Below are positions 58,271 to 64,000 of a DNA stretch of 64,000 nucleotides, piece by piece. Position numbers and translations under genes: made by a program. How positions within the stretch are numbered: the stretch's first letter is position 1; the number at the start of each line of letters is the position of its first letter. This DNA comes from an uncultured Alphaproteobacteria bacterium (GTDB lineage: Bacteria; Pseudomonadota; Alphaproteobacteria; UBA8366; JADFVY01): contig CAMYNJ010000104.1 in assembly GCA_947259795.1 (NCBI GenBank), forward strand, positions 2,130-66,129, read 5' to 3'. Under the pieces are notes generated by a model, which saw only the letters and a list, made by a program, of their open reading frames with translations, was not told the origin of the DNA and did no database searches.

Positions 58271-59293
58271 ATGATCATCGATTGCCACGGCCACTACACG
58301 ACCGCGCCGGCGCAGCTTCAGGCCTTCCGCGACGCCCAGATCGCCCATTTCGAGGATTCGGGCAAACCCGCGCCCGGCCCGCTGGAGATCAGCGACGACG
58401 AGATTCGCGAAAGCATCGAGATCAACCAGCTCGGCGCGATGCGCGAGCGCGGCGCCGACATGACGATCTTCTCGCCCAGGGCCGTGGGCATGGGCCATCA
58501 TATCGGTGACGAGGCCATGTCGAAGGACTGGGCGCGGATCTGCAACGACATGATCCACCGCGTGGTGCGGCTGTTCCCCGACAATTTCGTCGGCGTCTGT
58601 CAGCTACCGCAATCGCCCGGCGTGCCGGTTGCAAATTGCATCGAGGAACTGGAGCGCTGTGTCAACGAACTGGGTTTCGTCGGCTGCAACCTCAACCCCG
58701 ATCCCTCGGGCGGTCTGTGGCAGACAAAACCGCTGACCGACCCGGAATGGTATCCGTTCTACAAGAAGCTGGTGGAGCTGGACGTGCCCGCCATGATCCA
58801 TGTGTCGGGCTCCTGCAACCCGAACTTCCACCATACCGGCGCCCATTACATCAACGCTGACACCACCGCCTTCATGCAGTTCATCCAGGGCGATCTGTTC
58901 AAGGACTTCCCGGACCTGCGGCTGATCATCCCCCATGGTGGCGGGGCGGTGCCCTATCACTGGGGCCGTTACCGCGGGCTGGCCGATATGCTGAACAAGC
59001 CTTTGCTGAGCGAGCATGTGATGAAGAACGTCTATTTCGACACCTGCGTCTATCACCAGCCGGGCATCGAGCTACTGTTCAAGGTTATCGATACCGACAA
59101 TATCCTGTTCGCGTCGGAAATGTTCGGCGCGGTGAAGGGTATCGACCCGGAGACCGGCTTTCATTTCGACCACACCAAGCGCTATGTCGACAGCCTGGAT
59201 ATTTCCGCCGAGGACAAGCGCAAGGTCTTCGAATTGAACGCCAGGCGTGTCTATCCGCGGCTCGACGCAGCCCTGAAAGCGCGAGGGAAGTAG
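58271..59293 (+). CDS. ligJ: 4-oxalomesaconate hydratase (Amidohydrolase_2 family, LigJ type)
   Basis: MIIDCHGHYT..., GFVGCNLNPDP, WYPFYKKLVELDVPAMIHV, PHGGGAVPYHWGRY and YFDTCVYH are collinear with LigJ as I recall it. Confidence 0.9.
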   Translation: MIIDCHGHYTTAPAQLQAFRDAQIAHFEDSGKPAPGPLEISDDEIRESIEINQLGAMRERGADMTIFSPRAVGMGHHIGDEAMSKDWARICNDMIHRVVRLFPDNFVGVCQLPQSPGVPVANCIEELERCVNELGFVGCNLNPDPSGGLWQTKPLTDPEWYPFYKKLVELDVPAMIHVSGSCNPNFHHTGAHYINADTTAFMQFIQGDLFKDFPDLRLIIPHGGGAVPYHWGRYRGLADMLNKPLLSEHVMKNVYFDTCVYHQPGIELLFKVIDTDNILFASEMFGAVKGIDPETGFHFDHTKRYVDSLDISAEDKRKVFELNARRVYPRLDAALKARGK

Positions 59294-59298
59294 AGCCA

Positions 59299-59318
59299 GA
59301 AGGCCAGATCCGGCCTTC
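59299..59318. terminator. Short hairpin between convergent genes (possible bidirectional terminator)
   Basis: GAAGGCC AGATCC GGCCTTC, between the ligJ-like stop (59293) and the amidase stop (59320). There is no clear U-tract. Confidence 0.35.
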
Positions 59319-59319
59319 A

Positions 59320-60723
59320 TCACGGCAAGGGCAGGCCGGTGGCGCCCATCGGCAGGCCCGCCGCCCGGTGCGCCGCATCCCCGATCGCCAGCAGTTGCGG
59401 TTCGCCATAGGCCGGGGCGGCGAATGTTACGCCGAACGGCAGCCCGTTCGACAGCAAGCCTGCCGGCACGGCGACGGCCGCCAGGTCCAGCAGGTTCATA
59501 TAGTTCGTGTAGGCGCCGAGATTGGCGTTCAGCCGGATCGGGTCGGCCTCCACTTCCGCGATGCTGTATATGGTCCCCGCGGTCGGCGTGACCAGGACGT
59601 CGATATCGTCCCAGACCGGTTCGGTCTGCCGTTTCAGCTCCTTCAGCCGGTAGTAGGCCCGGTAGGCGTCCACCGCGGTATAGCTCTTGCCTTCCAGGAT
59701 AATCTTGCGCGTCACCGGATGGGTCGCGGCCTCGTTGGCGGCGATGAAATCGCCGACGGCGGCCCTGCGCTCGTCGACCCAGGGTCCGTCATAAAGCAGC
59801 CGGGCGGTGTCCTGGAAGGGTTTGAAATCGATGACCGTCTTGCGGCCGCCCAACCGCGCCAGCCGCTCGACCGCCTTATCGAAGAGCGCGGCGGCATCGC
59901 GATTGCCGAAGAATTCCAGCTGTTCCGGCTTCGGCACGCCGAACTGGAAACCGGTGGGGACGCCAATGGGCGTGAGGGAATATCCCGCGGGCGCGGCGCG
60001 CGAAAACGCATCGCCGGGATCGTAGGCGCCGGCGACGCCCAGCACCGCCGCCGCGTCCGCGCCGGTCAGTGCGAAGATGGATACGCAATCCAGCGAGCGG
60101 CAGGCCGGCACCACACCGCGGCAGCTCAACAGGCCGCGCGTCGGTTTCAGCCCGACGACATTGTTGAAGGCGGCCGGAACGCGGCCCGACCCTGCGGTGT
60201 CGGTGCCCAGCGAAAAGGAAACCAGCCCCGCCGCCACCGCCACGGCCGACCCGGCGCTGGACCCGCCCGGAATATATGAGGGATCAAAGGAATTGCCGGG
60301 GACGCCGTAGGGCGTGCGCACCCCGACCAGGCCGGTGGCGAACTGGTCCAGGTTGGTCTTGCCGACCAGGATCGCCCCGGCATCGAGCAGGCGGGCGACC
60401 ACCGGCGCCGTTTCGTCAGGGACATAGGCATAGGCCGGGCAGCCGGCCGTGGTCGGCAGGCCGGCGACATCCATATTGTCCTTGATGGCGAAAGGGACGC
60501 CATACAGGGGCAGGCCCTCGGGGCCAACCTTCTCCAACTCCTTCGCGCGGGCCATGAGGTCGGCGTCGGGCCGGCGATGTATCCAGACGTGATCGTCGCC
60601 GCGCGCCCCGATCCGTTCGATCAGGCCCGCGACCAGCGCAGCGGGGGTCAGGTCGCCGCTGCGGTAGCGCCCGGTCAGGCCGGTCAGATCCAGCGCCGTG
60701 CTCCTGCCGAACGTGATACTCAT
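59320..60723 (-). CDS. Amidase-signature enzyme, allophanate-hydrolase-like
   Basis: GVPFAIKDNMDVAGLPTTAGCPAYAY, GKTNLDQFATGLVG and GGSSAGSAVAVAAGLVSFSLGTDTAGSGRVPAAFNNVVGLKPTRG form the amidase signature with the Ser-cisSer-Lys context. At 467 aa it lacks the extra C-terminal domain of full-length AtzF-type proteins. Confidence 0.8.
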   Translation of the reverse strand: MSITFGRSTALDLTGLTGRYRSGDLTPAALVAGLIERIGARGDDHVWIHRRPDADLMARAKELEKVGPEGLPLYGVPFAIKDNMDVAGLPTTAGCPAYAYVPDETAPVVARLLDAGAILVGKTNLDQFATGLVGVRTPYGVPGNSFDPSYIPGGSSAGSAVAVAAGLVSFSLGTDTAGSGRVPAAFNNVVGLKPTRGLLSCRGVVPACRSLDCVSIFALTGADAAAVLGVAGAYDPGDAFSRAAPAGYSLTPIGVPTGFQFGVPKPEQLEFFGNRDAAALFDKAVERLARLGGRKTVIDFKPFQDTARLLYDGPWVDERRAAVGDFIAANEAATHPVTRKIILEGKSYTAVDAYRAYYRLKELKRQTEPVWDDIDVLVTPTAGTIYSIAEVEADPIRLNANLGAYTNYMNLLDLAAVAVPAGLLSNGLPFGVTFAAPAYGEPQLLAIGDAAHRAAGLPMGATGLPLP

Positions 60724-60746
60724 CCGTTCTCTCCAGCCTCAACTTG

Positions 60747-60776
60747 TTGACAAAAAAATTTATCATATGGTAAAAA
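60747..60776 (+). promoter_or_regulatory. Sigma70-like promoter (TTGACA -35, TAAAAA -10 candidate) with an embedded RutR-type box
   Basis: An AT-rich island reads TTGACA-AAAAAA-TTTATCATATGGTAAA-AA. The 16-mer at 60759-60774 is a near palindrome and resembles the reported RutR consensus TTGACCAnnTGGTCAA. Confidence 0.45.
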
Positions 60777-60833
60777 ATTTAGGATGTGAATAATGAACAT
60801 ACACGCGATCCGGACAGGGAGGTCGTCGAGGAT

Positions 60834-62180
60834 ATGGACAAGCATCGGGTTTCAGGCGTGGTGGCAGGCCGACTGACGGCCAGAGAATACCAGGACAACT
60901 TCGCCGATATCCATCCGCCGCTCAGCGCGCACGAGGCACTGGTCGAGGCGCAGCGCTGCTATTTCTGCCATGACGCGCCCTGCATGAACGCCTGCCCGAC
61001 GAAGATCGACGTGCCCTTGTTCATCCGCCAGATCGCGACCGCGAACCCCAAAGGGGCGGCGCTTACCATCTTCAAGCAGAACATCGTCGGCGGCATGTGC
61101 GCCCGGGTCTGCCCGACTGAAACGCTGTGCGAGGAGGTCTGCGTGCGCAACGAGGCCGAGGAGAAGCCGGTCCGGATCGGTCTGCTGCAGCGATACGCCA
61201 CCGATGCCTTGATAGAAAGCGGCGAACAGAAGTTTGCCCGCGCGGCGGCAACGGGCAGACAAGTCGCGGTGGTCGGTGCCGGCCCGGCGGGGCTCGCCTG
61301 CGCGCATCGGCTGTCGATGTACGGCCATGACGTCACACTCTTCGAGGCGAAAGACAAGCTCGGTGGGCTCAACGAATATGGCTTGGCCGCCTACAAGACG
61401 CCGGACGACTTCGCCCAGCGGGAGATTGAGTACATCCTGGGTATTGGCGGCATCGAGGTGCGTTCCGGCGCGCGGCTGGGCGAGAATGTGAGCCTCGACG
61501 ATCTGGCGAAGGGCCACGACGCGGTGTTCCTGGGCCTTGGCATGGGCGGCGTCAATGCGCTGGGTATTGAAGGCGAAGACCTGGACGGGGTGGTCGACGC
61601 GATCGACTATATCGCCGAACTGCGCCAGACCCCGGACAAATCGAGGCTGCCGGTGGGCCGCCGGATCGTCGTGATCGGCGGTGGCATGACGGCGGTGGAT
61701 ATTGCGGTCCAGACCAAACGGTTGGGCGCGGAAGAGGTCGCCATGGTCTATCGCCGCGGGGCTGAGCAGTTGAAGGCCAGCGGCTACGAGCAGGAGCTGG
61801 CCCAGACCAGCGGCGTGCAAATCCGCCTGTGGTCCGCGCCGGTCCGCATCCTGGGCGAGGGCGGCAAGGTCGCCGGCGTCGAGTTTGAATATCAGAGCGC
61901 CGGCAATGGCGGTGGGACCGGCGGCACGGGCGAAAGCTTCGTCCTGCCGGCCGACCAGGTCTTCAAGGCCATCGGCCAGAAATTCCTGCCCGCCTGCGTC
62001 GGGGAGTCGGGCGTCGCCCTGAAGGGCAGCCGGATCGCGGTTGACGAGGAACGCCGCACCAGTGTCGCGAAGATATGGGCCGGCGGCGATTGCGTGGCCG
62101 GTGGCGAGGATCTGACCGTCGCCTCGGTCGAGGACGGCAAGCTGGCCGCGGAATCGATCCACCGCAGCCTGACCGCATGA
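60834..62180 (+). CDS. preT: NAD-dependent dihydropyrimidine dehydrogenase subunit PreT-like (glutamate synthase small-subunit family)
   Basis: Fe-S Cys motifs are CYFCHDAPCMNACPT and CARVCPTETLCEEVC, and the Rossmann motifs are VAVVGAGPAGLACA and IVVIGGGMTAVD. The chosen start is ATG 60834, after GGGAGG, and GTG 60786 is an alternative. Confidence 0.85.
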   Translation: MDKHRVSGVVAGRLTAREYQDNFADIHPPLSAHEALVEAQRCYFCHDAPCMNACPTKIDVPLFIRQIATANPKGAALTIFKQNIVGGMCARVCPTETLCEEVCVRNEAEEKPVRIGLLQRYATDALIESGEQKFARAAATGRQVAVVGAGPAGLACAHRLSMYGHDVTLFEAKDKLGGLNEYGLAAYKTPDDFAQREIEYILGIGGIEVRSGARLGENVSLDDLAKGHDAVFLGLGMGGVNALGIEGEDLDGVVDAIDYIAELRQTPDKSRLPVGRRIVVIGGGMTAVDIAVQTKRLGAEEVAMVYRRGAEQLKASGYEQELAQTSGVQIRLWSAPVRILGEGGKVAGVEFEYQSAGNGGGTGGTGESFVLPADQVFKAIGQKFLPACVGESGVALKGSRIAVDEERRTSVAKIWAGGDCVAGGEDLTVASVEDGKLAAESIHRSLTA

Positions 62181-62216
62181 GCGTGCCCGGGAATTTTTCG
62201 AAGAGGAGAAAGAGCC

Positions 62217-63524
62217 ATGGCTGATCTGCGCAGCGAATTTCTGGGGATCAAATCGCCGAACCCCTTCTGGCTGGCCTCGGCCCCGCCCACCGACCGCGAG
62301 GTCAATGTCACCCGCGCTTTCAAGGCGGGCTGGGGTGGCGTGGTCTGGAAGACGCTCGGCGAGGACCCGCATATCGTCAATGTCAATGGCCCCCGTTACG
62401 GCGCGATCCACGGACCCGACCGGCAGTTGATCGGGTTCAACAATATCGAACTGATCACCGACCGCCCGCTGGACGTCAATCTTCGCGAGATCAAGGCGGT
62501 CAAGAAGGCCTGGCCCGACCGGGCGATCGTGGTCTCGCTGATGGTCCCCTGCGAGGAGAAATCCTGGAAGGCGATCCTGCCGCTGGTCGAGGAGACCGGG
62601 GCCGACGGGATCGAGCTGAATTTCGGCTGCCCGCACGGCATGTCCGAGCGCGGCATGGGTTCGGCGGTCGGCCAGGTGCCGGAATATGTCGAGATGGTCG
62701 CACGCTGGTGCAAGCAGCATACGCGCATGCCGGTGATCGTGAAGCTGACCCCGAACATTTCGGATATTCGCCAGCCGGCGCGCGCGGCGAAGGCCGGGGG
62801 CGCGGACGCGGTATCGTTGATCAACACCATCAACTCCATCATGGGGGTTGATCTAGACACCATGGCGCCCAATCCGCCGACCGACGGGAAGGGCACCCAT
62901 GGCGGCTATTGCGGCCCGGCGGTCAAGCCGATCGCGCTCAACATGGTGGCGGAGATCGCCCGCGACCCGGAAACAGCGGGCCTGCCCATATCCGCGATCG
63001 GCGGCATCACCACCTGGCGCGACGCGGTGGATTTCATGGCGCTCGGCGCATCCAACGTCCAGGTCTGCACCGCGGCCATGACATACGGTTTCAAGATCGT
63101 CGAGGACATGATCGAGGGGCTTTCGGCCTTTATGGACGAAAAAGGTTACAGCGGTATCGGCGATTTCGTCGGGGCGGCGGTGCCCAACGTCACCGACTGG
63201 CAGTATCTGAACCTGAATTACGTGGTGAAGGCGCGGATCGACCAGGAACTCTGCATCAAATGCGGGCGCTGCCATATCGTCTGCGAGGACACCTCGCACC
63301 AGGCCATTACCGAGGTGAAAAACGGCGTGCGGTATTTCGACGTAAAGGACGAGGAATGCGTCGGCTGCAACCTGTGCGCCAGCGTCTGCCCGGTGGAAGG
63401 CTGCATAGAGATGGTGCAGCAGACATCCGGAACCGACGCGCGGACCGGCAAGCCGATCGACAACAGCTACGCCAACTGGACGACGCATCCCAACAATCCG
63501 CAGGCGGCTTCGGCCGCGGAGTAA
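62217..63524 (+). CDS. preA: NAD-dependent dihydropyrimidine dehydrogenase subunit PreA-like (DHOD-like TIM barrel plus 2x[4Fe-4S] domain)
   Basis: GIKSPNPFWLASAP, ELNFGCPHGM, VIVKLTPN and two ferredoxin motifs, CIKCGRCHIVCED and CVGCNLCASVCPVEGC. Confidence 0.9.
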   Translation: MADLRSEFLGIKSPNPFWLASAPPTDREVNVTRAFKAGWGGVVWKTLGEDPHIVNVNGPRYGAIHGPDRQLIGFNNIELITDRPLDVNLREIKAVKKAWPDRAIVVSLMVPCEEKSWKAILPLVEETGADGIELNFGCPHGMSERGMGSAVGQVPEYVEMVARWCKQHTRMPVIVKLTPNISDIRQPARAAKAGGADAVSLINTINSIMGVDLDTMAPNPPTDGKGTHGGYCGPAVKPIALNMVAEIARDPETAGLPISAIGGITTWRDAVDFMALGASNVQVCTAAMTYGFKIVEDMIEGLSAFMDEKGYSGIGDFVGAAVPNVTDWQYLNLNYVVKARIDQELCIKCGRCHIVCEDTSHQAITEVKNGVRYFDVKDEECVGCNLCASVCPVEGCIEMVQQTSGTDARTGKPIDNSYANWTTHPNNPQAASAAE

Positions 63525-63575
63525 TACCGATGCTCGTTGGTATAAGTTTCCTCCCCCCGGATCGGGGTAACCTCG

Positions 63576-63605
63576 ACGGGGCGGCCTTGCCGCCCCGTTT
63601 TTTTT
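63576..63605 (+). terminator. Rho-independent terminator after preA
   Basis: ACGGGGCGG CCTTG CCGCCCCGT followed by a run of about 8 T. Confidence 0.7.
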
Positions 63606-63611
63606 CGACCG

Positions 63612-64000
63612 TCAGCGGGGCAGGATGCCGCGCAGCAATATCGAGGTCAGCGGTCCATAGGCCTCGTCGATGATCTCGTCGCGGCCGCGGTCCGGCATGA
63701 CGGCTTCGATCTGGGATTCGAAGTCCGCATAATGCTGTGTGGTCGCCCAGATCATGAAGATCAGGTGGCTGGGGTCGACGTCGATGATTTTGCCTTGCCC
63801 AGCCCATGTCCCGAGCACCGCCGCCTTGCTCTCGACCAGGTCGCGGACCTGGCGCTCCAGAACCGGGCGCAGCTGCGGCGCACCATGTATGATTTCGCTG
63901 GCGAAAAGGCGCGATTCCTGTGGGTTGGTCCGCGAGAATTCCAGTTTCTTGGCGATATAGCGGGTGAGTTCCTCGGCCGGATCGCCGGACGCGCTGATTT
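63612..64000 (-). CDS. rutR: TetR-family regulator, RutR-like (C-terminal part; gene runs off the window)
   Basis: Hand translation of the minus strand gives ...TRYIAKKLEFSRTNPQESRLFASEIIHGAPQLRPVLERQVRDLVESKAAVLGTWAGQGKIIDVDPSHLIFMIWATTQHYADFESQIEAV...LRGILPR*. This closely parallels the RutR C-terminal domain (IDPQHLIFMIWASTQHYADF). Confidence 0.8.
   Translation of the reverse strand, partial: ISASGDPAEELTRYIAKKLEFSRTNPQESRLFASEIIHGAPQLRPVLERQVRDLVESKAAVLGTWAGQGKIIDVDPSHLIFMIWATTQHYADFESQIEAVMPDRGRDEIIDEAYGPLTSILLRGILPR

Overview
GC-rich, alphaproteobacterium-like chromosomal DNA with dense coding; no CRISPR array, transposase or integrase was recognised. Positions 1-6400 are a housekeeping block on the minus strand: tamB/tamA-like genes, two tandem NnrU genes, a tandemly duplicated small lipoprotein, folD, a DUF167 gene and yggT. 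A tRNA-Ala(CGC) at 6570-6645 marks the boundary. About 53 kb (6.8-59.3 kb) of accessory aromatic/carboxylate catabolism follows. It holds three tripartite tricarboxylate transporter (TTT) sets, a phthalate-family Rieske oxygenase with a Rieske ferredoxin and a distant reductase, and an FAD monooxygenase. It also holds many decarboxylase-type genes, two TPP enzymes, three HIBADH-like dehydrogenases, an orphan molybdopterin subunit, an IclR regulator and LigJ/LigK-like lower-pathway enzymes. The right edge carries reductive pyrimidine catabolism genes (preT/preA-like, partial rutR-like). Four observations stand out. (1) Two paralogous modules pair a bicupin with an EutA-like ATPase, with no ethanolamine ammonia-lyase in the window, and one ATPase has extremely His-rich termini. 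(2) A 25-bp three-half-site operator occurs at ten or more promoter regions across the accessory region, one of them in front of the IclR gene. (3) The same HQHFN cupin family appears as two bicupins and two split monocupin pairs. (4) A ~600-bp tandem duplication left a folD 3' fragment whose divergence from the live gene is almost entirely synonymous. All calls come from reading the supplied sequence and ORF translations by eye. No database search was run, and start codons are often uncertain.
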